This document shows, piece by piece, positions 10,181-20,567 of a stretch of 64,000 nt of DNA; positions within the stretch are counted from its first letter, which is position 1, and the number at the start of each line of letters is the position of its first letter. The notes beneath the pieces were generated by a model. The model was not told the origin of the DNA and ran no database searches. It saw nothing but the letters and a program-made list of their open reading frames with translations. The translations under genes and the position numbers were made by a program. The stretch lies in the sequence record LR756501.1; one strand, written 5' to 3'.

Positions 10181-11642
10181 AATTATAATATTCGTTTATA
10201 GTAATATTGTTTAAGTAATTTTCTGGTTCGGTATATACAACAAACCTATTATGCTCTTCTTCCTTAATTGGTAAAGGGTATAGACAAACAGCTTTATGTT
10301 TTATTCTTCCTATCCACATTTCAGCGTTCATTCTATCTACACCAAATGAAAAAGGATCTGGTAATTTTTTTAAAAAATCAGAACTAGCCCACCAGAAATT
10401 ACCAGAATAATGTTGAGGACTCCATTTATTGTTATAATTACAACCAGCCAAATCACTACCATTATTAAGATGTTCAACACATTTTAACCAGTGTTCAATT
10501 GTGAAATGTTCCATTATATTTCTCCAATTTTCAACGTTCTTATAAGAATAATTGCCTACATAAAGACCAAAAGCGAAATTCTCTACGTCAGCGTCGTTAA
10601 CCCTAGTACACCCTTTTGTATGAAAATAGAGGTAATTACCGTCGTGGTTTAAGGCGTGTTGATGAAGTTTTTGAAGAGTGAATAATTCAAAAGTGTTACT
10701 ATTATCGTAATATATTTCGGTAGCGTATTTACTTATGATTTCCATATTATCGTTATCTATTTTATAAGTACCGTTATAATTATCCATTATAGTAACATAT
10801 AATTCAGATATATCTAATAATCCACTATTCTTTAATTTTTTCAATTGATCACTTACTATATCATTTATTTTATCGTAAAGATATATATGATAAAATATGT
10901 ATTTCTTTTTTCTAAATTTTTCGTAAACAGATTTCATTTCATCTGGTTTTATATAATGAAATGATATAGGATTTTTAAGATGACCCACGTTATCTATTTC
11001 CAGTCCTCCGTACTTTATACCTTCTTGAATATTATATTCATCGTAAAAAGAAGGATTTTGCGAATACATACCTAAAACATTAGTAGCATCAACGTTAGTA
11101 TATTTTTTAACAATATAAGCTATAGCTATATCCGCCCAATCGTAAGAAACATTTGAAAAATAAGTAGTTGGATTAGTTATATTTCTCCAATGTGCATTAA
11201 ACTCATCTATCTTTGGATATATTTTTTTCATTAAAGAATTACTCATGAAAAAACTGGCACCACCTGAAAATATTACAGTTTCTATTTTATCTATTATTAT
11301 TTTATCACGAACTTGACTTATTATAACATCTTCATTTCTATCAAAATTTTTTAAAGCATCTAAAAGACTGTCTTTGAATATTATATGATCACAACCTATC
11401 ATACAGTACCAATCAAATTCTGGACTAGCTTCAAACATTCTTTTCATCCCCAACTGTTGTTTCATGAAAGCACTACTATAATCTTCCCCTATACCTTCCA
11501 GTCTTATTAGATTTTCGTCTTGTTTATCGCCACCGAAAAAGAAAACATTATCAAAGTCTTTTGTCCAAGTGTTCTTACAAGCCATAAAGCGTTGTTTGAG
11601 ATTTATAGAAGTCATTATACCTATCGCTATATTATCTTTCAT
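10170..11642 (-). CDS. two-domain putative glycosyltransferase (fringe/GT31-like N-domain plus YFHTKG domain)
   Basis: TW..DF, SGGASF, DIAIA, ISFHY in N-domain; YLYFHTKG and HYSGNFWWA in C-domain. Confidence 0.6.
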   Translation of the reverse strand: MKDNIAIGIMTSINLKQRFMACKNTWTKDFDNVFFFGGDKQDENLIRLEGIGEDYSSAFMKQQLGMKRMFEASPEFDWYCMIGCDHIIFKDSLLDALKNFDRNEDVIISQVRDKIIIDKIETVIFSGGASFFMSNSLMKKIYPKIDEFNAHWRNITNPTTYFSNVSYDWADIAIAYIVKKYTNVDATNVLGMYSQNPSFYDEYNIQEGIKYGGLEIDNVGHLKNPISFHYIKPDEMKSVYEKFRKKKYIFYHIYLYDKINDIVSDQLKKLKNSGLLDISELYVTIMDNYNGTYKIDNDNMEIISKYATEIYYDNSNTFELFTLQKLHQHALNHDGNYLYFHTKGCTRVNDADVENFAFGLYVGNYSYKNVENWRNIMEHFTIEHWLKCVEHLNNGSDLAGCNYNNKWSPQHYSGNFWWASSDFLKKLPDPFSFGVDRMNAEMWIGRIKHKAVCLYPLPIKEEEHNRFVVYTEPENYLNNITINEYYNYDK

Positions 11643-12319
11643 CTAACTTCCTTTCTATTCACCCACTCTTGGTATTGGTGGTACCTGTTTTCGTTTTCGT
11701 CGTATATTTCACCTACGAATTTATAATCTTCCATCGGTGTAGGAAAAGGTTTAGAATATGGATGTGTTATCCATACAGAATCATGAGCCAACATATCATC
11801 TTTATATTTCTCAAAAATAACATTCCCTAAAAAATCTAAATCACCAAATTTATTAAATAAATCTAATTTCTTGTTTACCAACCATTTATTAATTTCATTA
11901 GATATATTGAAATCTTCATTTATTTTCAGACCGAACATGCCGCCGTTAACTTTATGTTCGTGGTGTGGATGATCTCTTAATATATGAAATGACTTATCTG
12001 ATTCAATCCACTCGTCCACTGCTAGTTTTTCTCTCATTGATAATCTACTATCTACGTCTCTACTAATAAATCTTTCAACACCGTAATGTGGTGTAAACCT
12101 CCAAAACATGCCTGGCATTGTACTATTTTCCATATTTATTAATTCAGCGTTATTGAATCTTTCGTATTCTTTGATCATAAAGTCTGGTACAGTACTATTA
12201 TAATAAACGTAAACTATCCAACCAGGATAAATTTTATCTGATAATTCCAAATTTCTTAATAATCCTGTTGTGTATTTAGGATCGGATCCGTATATGCTAA
12301 AACTTATAACTTTTTTCAT
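11639..12319 (-). CDS. conserved glycan-cluster protein (GT-A-like)
   Basis: KKVISFSIYG, MFWRF, FISRDVDSRLS.RE, HILRDHPHH. Confidence 0.55.
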   Translation of the reverse strand: MKKVISFSIYGSDPKYTTGLLRNLELSDKIYPGWIVYVYYNSTVPDFMIKEYERFNNAELINMENSTMPGMFWRFTPHYGVERFISRDVDSRLSMREKLAVDEWIESDKSFHILRDHPHHEHKVNGGMFGLKINEDFNISNEINKWLVNKKLDLFNKFGDLDFLGNVIFEKYKDDMLAHDSVWITHPYSKPFPTPMEDYKFVGEIYDENENRYHQYQEWVNRKEVR

Positions 12320-12984
12320 AATTTCTCAATTGTATTTGGTATTATACCAGCACCGTATAATTCTCTATTTTTAAACCATATAGCTCTATCTCCACCGTAC
12401 TCTATACATCTCTTTTCTGTTCTCACTTCCATAACTTTTATATTATGAGCGTTAACCACTTTATAACCAAATATTAAACAACGTGTCGCCATATCGTGGT
12501 CACATTCGTAGTATTTGAATTGACTATCGTACATTCCAATCTTTCTAAATATTTCCTTTCTATAAATACCAAAATTCATACAGTCGTGAAAACATATCCA
12601 TTGATTTTCGTAAGATTTATCTGCGTATTCTTCTAGTGTACCTCTGTTCCAATCGAATATATAAACGTCGTTACCGTCATTAAGCATGTTAATAACGTCG
12701 TCCCATTCGTTTATTAAGAGCACGTCATCGTTCCATTGAACTATCCATTCGTGTTTTGCTGCCTTTATTCCAATATTCATAAAACTAGGATAGGTGGATC
12801 TCCCGCCAATTTCAATGAAATTTATTCTTTCGTTATTTAGACTCTTAACGTATTCAATTGTTCCGTCAGTTGAACCTCCGTCTAATAGTACTAATTCTAT
12901 TTTATCAGATCTATCTATTGTGTTCTTAATAACCTCTTTGAGTAGGTCAAGTCTATTTAGAGTGCCTGTGACTATACTTAACAT
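12316..12984 (-). CDS. glycosyltransferase family 2
   Basis: LVLLDGGSTDGT, NIGIK.AK, QWNDD, IGMYD..F.YYECD. Confidence 0.85.
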   Translation of the reverse strand: MLSIVTGTLNRLDLLKEVIKNTIDRSDKIELVLLDGGSTDGTIEYVKSLNNERINFIEIGGRSTYPSFMNIGIKAAKHEWIVQWNDDVLLINEWDDVINMLNDGNDVYIFDWNRGTLEEYADKSYENQWICFHDCMNFGIYRKEIFRKIGMYDSQFKYYECDHDMATRCLIFGYKVVNAHNIKVMEVRTEKRCIEYGGDRAIWFKNRELYGAGIIPNTIEKL

Positions 12985-12988
12985 AATT

Positions 12989-15900
12989 TTATTTTCTTTT
13001 TATTAACATGCCTTGATAGTTAAATTGTCTTCCGTATAGTGTAAAGCTATCTCTAAAGAATCTCAAGTTCATTTTATCTGAAGCGTCACTATCAAATATT
13101 AATCTATTATTATGGTATATTTGGAATGGTAGATTTCCTTTAACAAAGTCTTCACATATATCTTGATTACTCTTTACATAATCAATTTGTGGTCTTGATG
13201 TAGGGGACACAACAACTTGTGGTTTAGGTGTTTCTTTACTAATAATATTAGGTAAAGACATATCATTTTTAAAATGTTTATCAACCTCTGGATTAGTTTT
13301 ATTGATATTTTCTTCACTGGCGTCTGATATAGTATTCCAAGTTTTAATAAAAGTTGGCATAAAGATATAGCCTTTAAATTCTTTCAATATATCGTCGTGA
13401 AAATAATTATCTATTGGTTTTTCTTCATCTTTTGTTATCCCAATAATCTTTTCAAATAATTTATTCTTATTATTCAAAATCATAGCACAACACATATAAG
13501 CTTCACTCACTTTATAAATATAATTCCCAACAAATATTGGCATTTTACAACTACTAAAATGGGCACCTAAATACATTATATCCCAATCTTTCGGAACGTT
13601 CTCAGAATAATGTTCAAACCTTTTGTTAAAATCGTCACAAAATACTATATCGTCTTCAAATATAGCAATCTTATCGTAACCCATTCTCAAAGCGTCTTTT
13701 ACGACTCCAACGTGACTCCTCAGAGTGGCTATTTGAGAAGATTTGAGATCGTCTCCTAAATTTTTACCATCTACAGCGTTGAACCTTTTAAAAGATATAC
13801 TTATTTTATCAAATTCGTCGTTCATGTGATTTAATCTATCTTCTCTTCTTTTAAGATTTATAAGATAAACGTTATCAACGAATTTATTTAATTTGGATAA
13901 AGAACTAAACGTTGTTGTTTTTGGTGTTATTTTTTTCTCATTTCTTTCTACTACACCTTCAAAAATAACCTTTTTAGTTTTTGTTTCTTCTCTCAATTTT
14001 GAACTTTGTACAAATACGTAAGGTCTTCTAACTCTGTTACTTTCTTTATCTTCGTGTGATACACCGTATGTTCTAACATCTGAAAAATGATAGTGATAAA
14101 TTTTAACATCTTTAGATGGATTGGATATTTTATATCCAGCTTTTTGGAATTCGTGAGCAATTGCGTTATCACATCCTGGCATTCCCATTTTAAAATCGCC
14201 GTCTAATTTCCCCATATTACCTAAGAATATCCAGGCGTCTTGACTACATTCTATGTCGTAATGTTCTGTTTTAAATGGTTGTAAGTTTGTTATATTCCAT
14301 CTTGAAAGACAATATACGTCGTCGTGAGTTATATTATTTAAAATTAATTCTATATTTTCTTCATCTATATAACAATCTGAATTTAATAATATATTTAAAT
14401 CGTCTTGTTTCGTATTAAAATTAACAATATTGAATAAATCCCCAAAAGTGGGCTGTATATTAAATAAATTAACTTTTATCATTTTAGAATTAGATGATTT
14501 ATATTCATCCGAACATAGAAGATATATTCTATCTACTTTTTCATTGGAAATTAATTTATTTAAACAATATTCTATTTCTTTGCTTCTTTTTTCTGTCTGT
14601 GCTTGAAAATAATTAAAATAAACGTTCACCTTTAACTTCTTATTACTGTTTTTATTATCAGATGATACTATTTCATTTTCACTTTTTAAATAACTACCAT
14701 TAATCATTCTACCACCTTGAACGTTACCAACAAATAAGTTACCGTCTTTAAATTTATGAAAATAAATATCTTCGTTCTTTCTTTTTAAGAAAGCTAAATT
14801 CTTATTCCCAGACGATTCTAATATTATATTAAATAAATCTATTTTAGCTTTAACCCCAATTGACCAATTAGCGTGAAAAGCTTTAATGTTTTTAGGTATA
14901 TTGCTGAACAATTCACCGTCCCACACTTTCCCACCGTTAATCATACTAATATTAAATATATCGTTAGATAATAACTTGTATTTAATTAAATCATTATTTA
15001 ATCTCATAGCTGTTTGATCTTCAGGATATTCATCGTATTTCCTCATACATTCTTCTATAAAATGTAAAGACGAATTATTTGCTCTCATTATAAAAAATCC
15101 AGCGCAGAGATCATCTATATCTCTTTGAAAAGCGGCGTCGTAATCCCCCAGTTCGTATTTTAATTGTTCTATTGATTTGTCTAAGAATATAACGTCAGCG
15201 TCTGCGAAAACAAAACATTCTCCCCAGCATTCTTTTATTGTTTGAAGTATAAATTCTAATTTCTTGAACATGGAATCTTTCCAACCATTATCCATGAAAT
15301 TTCCACCACCAATTTGTTCGTATTTTTCTGGTATTAGATCGTATTCGTTTATAGTATCAACTGACGGTTTTAAATAATCTTTATATAAGATACCGTGCGA
15401 ATCTGAGTAAAATGTTAATAATCTTGGTTTTTCATTTTTCAATCTCAGAAATATTTTTTTACACATACCATCTAATGAGAAGTATTCGTCATAAATTTCT
15501 GATATTTTAGATCTCATATAATTTATTCTCTCTTGTGAAATATTATCAATAATATCTTTTAAATGCCCTAATTCGTCAGCGTGTACTAAAACACATATAT
15601 CAGCCCAATTTATCTCTTTAGTATAAGGAAGCCATAGGGTATCATACACGTAAACTGGTATAGATCCTAATTGCATAGATTCATATAAACGAAAACTAGT
15701 AGGACCGTCACCCCTTGGGCATAAGGTGAATACTGATCTTTCAGTTACGTCAATGAATTTTTTCTCTTTTTCGATAGATATTTCTGGTGACCACTTGAAC
15801 ATATCGTAGTAATAATTTTCGTCACCTTCTAATTTTTTCTGTAATTCTCTTCTTAGTAAATGTGTATCTGAACCAATAAAAGAACAAAATACGTCCCTTT

Positions 15901-16357
15901 TTCTATTGGTCTTAGGTTTTTTTATTTTTGAACATATAAGAGGTATAGGTATATAATTGTTACTTTTATGTTTTTGATATATTTTTCCACTACCACTAAA
16001 TACTAAAGTGTTTTTAGGTAATATTTCTTCAGGAGCTCTTTCGTGTTGGCAAATTGTAAAATATTTTAAATCTGGATCTAAACCATTCAGAAATACTTGC
16101 AACTCTTCGTCTCTCACTATATTATTATATATGTTTGTCCAGTATATAGGTAAATATATTCTATCAGACTCTAATTTATTTTTAATGAAATAATTAAAGA
16201 AATATTCCTCCATGTAATAACCCTCGTGGTATGGTGGATAAGTAGGATATTTTGGTACAGGTCTAAATCTTTCCGTAGATTTAATTATTTTTTTCTGGTA
16301 ATTATTCATTTCTAAATATTTATTTTTTATTTTTGTTAAGTATCCAGCTGCTCCCAT
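12989..16357 (-). CDS. multidomain glycosyltransferase (exostosin/GT47-like + nucleotide-diphospho-sugar transferase + unknown + GT25-like)
   Basis: SVFTLCPRGDGPTSFRLYESMQLGSIPV; FADADVIF...CAGFF...EDQ...FHANW; YLINLKRREDR...FNAVDG...IFEDD; true start may be 16309. Confidence 0.75.
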   Translation of the reverse strand: MGAAGYLTKIKNKYLEMNNYQKKIIKSTERFRPVPKYPTYPPYHEGYYMEEYFFNYFIKNKLESDRIYLPIYWTNIYNNIVRDEELQVFLNGLDPDLKYFTICQHERAPEEILPKNTLVFSGSGKIYQKHKSNNYIPIPLICSKIKKPKTNRKRDVFCSFIGSDTHLLRRELQKKLEGDENYYYDMFKWSPEISIEKEKKFIDVTERSVFTLCPRGDGPTSFRLYESMQLGSIPVYVYDTLWLPYTKEINWADICVLVHADELGHLKDIIDNISQERINYMRSKISEIYDEYFSLDGMCKKIFLRLKNEKPRLLTFYSDSHGILYKDYLKPSVDTINEYDLIPEKYEQIGGGNFMDNGWKDSMFKKLEFILQTIKECWGECFVFADADVIFLDKSIEQLKYELGDYDAAFQRDIDDLCAGFFIMRANNSSLHFIEECMRKYDEYPEDQTAMRLNNDLIKYKLLSNDIFNISMINGGKVWDGELFSNIPKNIKAFHANWSIGVKAKIDLFNIILESSGNKNLAFLKRKNEDIYFHKFKDGNLFVGNVQGGRMINGSYLKSENEIVSSDNKNSNKKLKVNVYFNYFQAQTEKRSKEIEYCLNKLISNEKVDRIYLLCSDEYKSSNSKMIKVNLFNIQPTFGDLFNIVNFNTKQDDLNILLNSDCYIDEENIELILNNITHDDVYCLSRWNITNLQPFKTEHYDIECSQDAWIFLGNMGKLDGDFKMGMPGCDNAIAHEFQKAGYKISNPSKDVKIYHYHFSDVRTYGVSHEDKESNRVRRPYVFVQSSKLREETKTKKVIFEGVVERNEKKITPKTTTFSSLSKLNKFVDNVYLINLKRREDRLNHMNDEFDKISISFKRFNAVDGKNLGDDLKSSQIATLRSHVGVVKDALRMGYDKIAIFEDDIVFCDDFNKRFEHYSENVPKDWDIMYLGAHFSSCKMPIFVGNYIYKVSEAYMCCAMILNNKNKLFEKIIGITKDEEKPIDNYFHDDILKEFKGYIFMPTFIKTWNTISDASEENINKTNPEVDKHFKNDMSLPNIISKETPKPQVVVSPTSRPQIDYVKSNQDICEDFVKGNLPFQIYHNNRLIFDSDASDKMNLRFFRDSFTLYGRQFNYQGMLIKRK

Positions 16358-16865
16358 TTCTAATTATATTTTCTTTACCGAAAAATTCGTCAACAGCTTT
16401 AATCACACCAGGAAAAGCTTCAATGTAATCGTGCCCTGCTATAATTCCGTTTTGTTTTAATTTTGGGTACCACCAAGTAATATCATTCTTAATGCCTTCA
16501 TATTCGTGGTCAGCGTCAATGAAAATAAAATCTAAAGAGGAGTCTTCGTAATTTTTAACTATCTCCTTTGAGAAACCTCTTATTGGATTGATAATGTGTT
16601 TAATAGGTTCTATATTCTTTAAATATTCTTCGTACACATTAACGCTTACGTTATCTAAATTCCAATTAAAATCCCATTTATCAATAGAATCAAATTTTAT
16701 TTGTTTGCCAGAATTTATAATCTCAACAGCCATGTATATAGTTGAGCAACCAAAAAAAGATCCTAATTCAACGAAATGTGAATTGCTAGGAAAATGATTT
16801 ACCATTTCTGTGTAAACGTTTTCAAAATTGAAAAACCCAAATATATTTTTATAATAATGTTCCAT
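16320..16865 (-). CDS. class I SAM methyltransferase (Methyltransf_24-like)
   Basis: VELGSFFGCS, FIFIDADHEY, GGII-like NGIIAGHDY. Confidence 0.85.
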   Translation of the reverse strand: MEHYYKNIFGFFNFENVYTEMVNHFPSNSHFVELGSFFGCSTIYMAVEIINSGKQIKFDSIDKWDFNWNLDNVSVNVYEEYLKNIEPIKHIINPIRGFSKEIVKNYEDSSLDFIFIDADHEYEGIKNDITWWYPKLKQNGIIAGHDYIEAFPGVIKAVDEFFGKENIIRNGSSWILNKNKK

Positions 16866-16873
16866 AATTGTTA

Positions 16874-17662
16874 TTATTTTTTAATTAATTCTTTTATTGT
16901 ATTACTCCATCTTGAAGTAAAAATAGGATTATTCACATGATATTGTTCTATAAGTTTTTTAGAGCTCGTGTGCTCAACTATTTTTTTTAGTTTATAATCA
17001 AATTTACTATGAATGAGATCTAAACCTAAGATAATATTTTTTAAATTATATTTAGTTTTACATATCAAAGAATATTCCATTTCTTCATATGATCCTATAT
17101 TGTATATCTCATCAAAATATCCCACTAAATCTATTAATTTTCTATGGAAAATAATTGGTCCGATATTTAATATATTTCTTTCGAAGAATTCCCCAGATGA
17201 TATTATTTTACCTCCAATTGGATTAATAGATGAACCTCCTGAAAATTTAGAACTGATCATATCTATATAATTATTACCATTTTCAATTCCATTAAATCCA
17301 TCACGACAACCAATCAATCCTAATTCTTCTTTATATACGTCATGAATTTTAATAATGTTATCTAAAAAATTAACATCTTTTAACACCATATCGTCTTGAA
17401 ATATTATTAAATAGTCAGTATCAAATTCTTTCATTAATATATTATTGGTCCTTAATTGAAATAAATTATCTGTGTGAATTTTCCTGATATTACCCTTTAA
17501 ATTAATAGACAATTGATCAAATATTTCTTCTGAATTATCTGTACATCCATCAAATATAAAAATATAATTTGTTGGTATTTTTATATTTTCAATTAATCCA
17601 TTAATGATCTCGTCTATCATATGAGATTTGTTGTGTATTGGATAACCTATTGTAAATTTCAT
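16874..17662 (-). CDS. glycosyltransferase family 2
   Basis: IFDGCTDNS, IIFQDD, VGYFDE. Confidence 0.8.
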   Translation of the reverse strand: MKFTIGYPIHNKSHMIDEIINGLIENIKIPTNYIFIFDGCTDNSEEIFDQLSINLKGNIRKIHTDNLFQLRTNNILMKEFDTDYLIIFQDDMVLKDVNFLDNIIKIHDVYKEELGLIGCRDGFNGIENGNNYIDMISSKFSGGSSINPIGGKIISSGEFFERNILNIGPIIFHRKLIDLVGYFDEIYNIGSYEEMEYSLICKTKYNLKNIILGLDLIHSKFDYKLKKIVEHTSSKKLIEQYHVNNPIFTSRWSNTIKELIKK

Positions 17663-17672
17663 GTTTCAAATG

Positions 17673-18251
17673 TTATTTTTTTATAAAAAAAGCATTGTAA
17701 TAAGAGTACACATTCAAATCTAGATTGTTATTATTACAATATTCATCTACACATAGTTTAACCCCAGGAAAACTGGGATGATCGTAATCGTGAAAACAAA
17801 TTAAACCACCTGTTTTCACTTTAGGAAACCAAATATCTATCTCCTCTTTTAATTGCCCGTATTCGTGTGTATTAACTGGTGTAGAAGAATCTATATAAAT
17901 ACAATCAAAAAAATTATCATCAAATTCTTTATATACTACTAAACTAGAACCTAGTATAAAGTTAAACCTTTTACCAAATTCTTTTTCTAACTGTGCAAAT
18001 CTATCTGGACTTTGAACATAAATATCTAAACTGTAAACAGTAGAATTATCAAATTCATTTAATATTAAATCAGATAATCCTCCTAATCCACATCCGATTT
18101 CAATAAAATTAAAATCTTTACTTTTATCTATATACTTATCTATAATCGTACACACAGGCAAACCAGATGATGTATGATTCCAATATTTATAGATATAATC
18201 TTTTACGGTTGATTTTTTAAAAGTGTAATCGTCATTATGTTTAATTATCAT
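17673..18251 (-). CDS. class I SAM methyltransferase (Methyltransf_24-like)
   Basis: IEIGCGLGG, CIYID, GGLICFHDY. Confidence 0.85.
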   Translation of the reverse strand: MIIKHNDDYTFKKSTVKDYIYKYWNHTSSGLPVCTIIDKYIDKSKDFNFIEIGCGLGGLSDLILNEFDNSTVYSLDIYVQSPDRFAQLEKEFGKRFNFILGSSLVVYKEFDDNFFDCIYIDSSTPVNTHEYGQLKEEIDIWFPKVKTGGLICFHDYDHPSFPGVKLCVDEYCNNNNLDLNVYSYYNAFFIKK

Positions 18252-18262
18252 GGTGTTTGTTT

Positions 18263-19654
18263 TTATTTTTTGTAGAAAACGTAAAATTGATGATCAGATT
18301 TATCTTCACCCGATGAAAATATTACGTTGTTTTTCTGGCAACATATTATATTATCTAGTAAATACTTCAATTTTTCTTCACCCACTAGTGATACAATTCT
18401 ATTATCTATATTCTTAATGTAATCTTTCTTGTAACCTATTTTCAAAAAACAATTGAAATATTCGTACCACATATCTTCTATTATATATATACCTCCACTA
18501 TTCAAATGTGGAAACACATTAAATAAACTAACTATCTGATCATCCAATAAATGACTACCATCGTCTATAACAAAATCAAAACTGACTGGGTTTGAAATGA
18601 AAAAATTCTCTATCTGATCCTGTTTACCTTGATCGACTATGAATATTTCAATTTTATCATCGTTCATATGTCTTAAATCTAAAATGTCCCATCCGTAGAT
18701 TTTAGAATTTTCAAAATATTCTTTCCACATTTTTAATGACTCCCCGTTAAATACACCTATTTCAAGCATATTCATATTTTTAATATTTTTCATATCCCTC
18801 AATATCATATCGTAAAACGGAACGTAATTATGACCGTACGGATGTTTAAATGACTTATCTGTTTGATATTTACTAGCAACGTTCTCTAATTCTTTCATCT
18901 CTTTTTCTTTATTTTTTAATAGATTATTATATTTACAATAAATATATATTGGAGCGTCAATAATCATAGATTTATTCAAATTAAACAGCACGTCCATACA
19001 AAATTCGTAATCTTCAGCCCCTTTATAACTTACATCATCCCAATTTGGTGAATAAGATAATTCTTTTCTATCTTTCCACGAAATTGTATCTAAAACCTCT
19101 CTCTTTACAGCTAAAGGTCCACAAATAGCGTTAAATTTTGTAAATTCACTACCGTAAGAATTAGTTTGACCCAAACAATCCATTATATTATTATTTGGAA
19201 AATATTTTTTATAAATGGTATCTGAATGTATTATATTTATTTTATCTAATTCAATCTCTTTAAAATCAATTATAATATCATTAAAAGACATAACCCCAGA
19301 ATGATTCAAATGTGAAATATCGTAATTTTCGAAAAAATATTTAATTATCTCTACTCTTCTAGGGTGAGGAACGTCATCAGAATCTTGATATATGATTATA
19401 TCACCTTTGCAATAGTTCTTAGCCAATTGTCTGTTAGGACCAGGATTTAAAGATTCATTCTTTATAATGATAACATCATATTCTTTTTCTATATTATTTA
19501 TAATATCTATTGTTTCTTTATCACACGATTTATAATCTGATATAGAAATAATAATTTCATCTGGTTGTACTCTTCCAATTCTTGTATATCTCAATATTCT
19601 GGTCAAATACTTAATATGAAAAGGTGTAGTGGGTATAAATATCGACGTCGTCAT
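18263..19654 (-). CDS. GT2-like glycosyltransferase fused to SAM methyltransferase
   Basis: N-domain IIYQDSDD.PHP.R; C-domain TDK..HPYGH, LEIGVFNGES, VIDDGSH, GGIYIIED. Confidence 0.75.
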   Translation of the reverse strand: MTTSIFIPTTPFHIKYLTRILRYTRIGRVQPDEIIISISDYKSCDKETIDIINNIEKEYDVIIIKNESLNPGPNRQLAKNYCKGDIIIYQDSDDVPHPRRVEIIKYFFENYDISHLNHSGVMSFNDIIIDFKEIELDKINIIHSDTIYKKYFPNNNIMDCLGQTNSYGSEFTKFNAICGPLAVKREVLDTISWKDRKELSYSPNWDDVSYKGAEDYEFCMDVLFNLNKSMIIDAPIYIYCKYNNLLKNKEKEMKELENVASKYQTDKSFKHPYGHNYVPFYDMILRDMKNIKNMNMLEIGVFNGESLKMWKEYFENSKIYGWDILDLRHMNDDKIEIFIVDQGKQDQIENFFISNPVSFDFVIDDGSHLLDDQIVSLFNVFPHLNSGGIYIIEDMWYEYFNCFLKIGYKKDYIKNIDNRIVSLVGEEKLKYLLDNIICCQKNNVIFSSGEDKSDHQFYVFYKK

Positions 19655-20469
19655 AAATTACTTAAATATTTTTCGTACATGTAATCCTCAGCAATCATAT
19701 AATTTTTAGCAACTTCGAAATTCTTCCTAGCGTACTCTAATTTTAAATTATACAACTCAGGACTTATTCCGTTCACTATATTTTTCAATTCGTTCACATT
19801 ATTAAATACCAACATTCCCCTTTCGTCAAAATAATTTCCAATAGACGGACAACCCCAATAAATAGGAATTGTCCCTGTTGCAAAACAATCAATCAACTTC
19901 TCTGTGAAATAATAATCCTTCTTTGTGTTCTCAACCACAATAGAAAACATATAATCCTTTAAACCATCTAACTTTTCAGGTAAATCATTAAACCCTCTGC
20001 CGTAAAGATCACATTTTATTTGCCCATTTCTAATTTCGTTCACGATATTATTACGTAGAGCGTGTCCATCTGTCCAATTCTTGTTAGAAGCTATGATAGA
20101 TATTAATTTAGTTTTAGGATAAATATATTGCTCTTCTGGTCTTATCCAACAACCACCTGTGGGTAGAAATTTGAATTTACTATCCATTTCTAATAAATCT
20201 CTATTGTTAGTGAATATTATATCAAATGCTTTATAGTTAGTTTTTATCCACTCGTGCTGGTAAGCACTAACTGCTGGGGATTCGAGTAACCAAGCTATTT
20301 TTGTTTTAACTCTATTGTTAACTCTTGGTAAAGAACCATCTGTATATATGGCTATATCTTCGTTTCCAACTATAAGATTTCTGTTCCATTTAATATATTT
20401 AGATTGCTGAATAGCAGTGCTATAATCACCGTGAGCGAATAATATATCGTCTATTTTTATTGGTACCAT
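19651..20469 (-). CDS. GT10 (fucosyltransferase-like) glycosyltransferase
   Basis: YMFSIVVEN...YFTEKLIDCFATGTIPIYWG. Confidence 0.8.
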   Translation of the reverse strand: MVPIKIDDILFAHGDYSTAIQQSKYIKWNRNLIVGNEDIAIYTDGSLPRVNNRVKTKIAWLLESPAVSAYQHEWIKTNYKAFDIIFTNNRDLLEMDSKFKFLPTGGCWIRPEEQYIYPKTKLISIIASNKNWTDGHALRNNIVNEIRNGQIKCDLYGRGFNDLPEKLDGLKDYMFSIVVENTKKDYYFTEKLIDCFATGTIPIYWGCPSIGNYFDERGMLVFNNVNELKNIVNGISPELYNLKLEYARKNFEVAKNYMIAEDYMYEKYLSNL

Positions 20470-20567
20470 AAATTCTTTTGATTTTATTTATATATAACAT
20501 TGAACTAGGTCGTTGTTTAAAATTGGGAACAAAAAATTAATATATACAGAAAAATATACAGCACATT

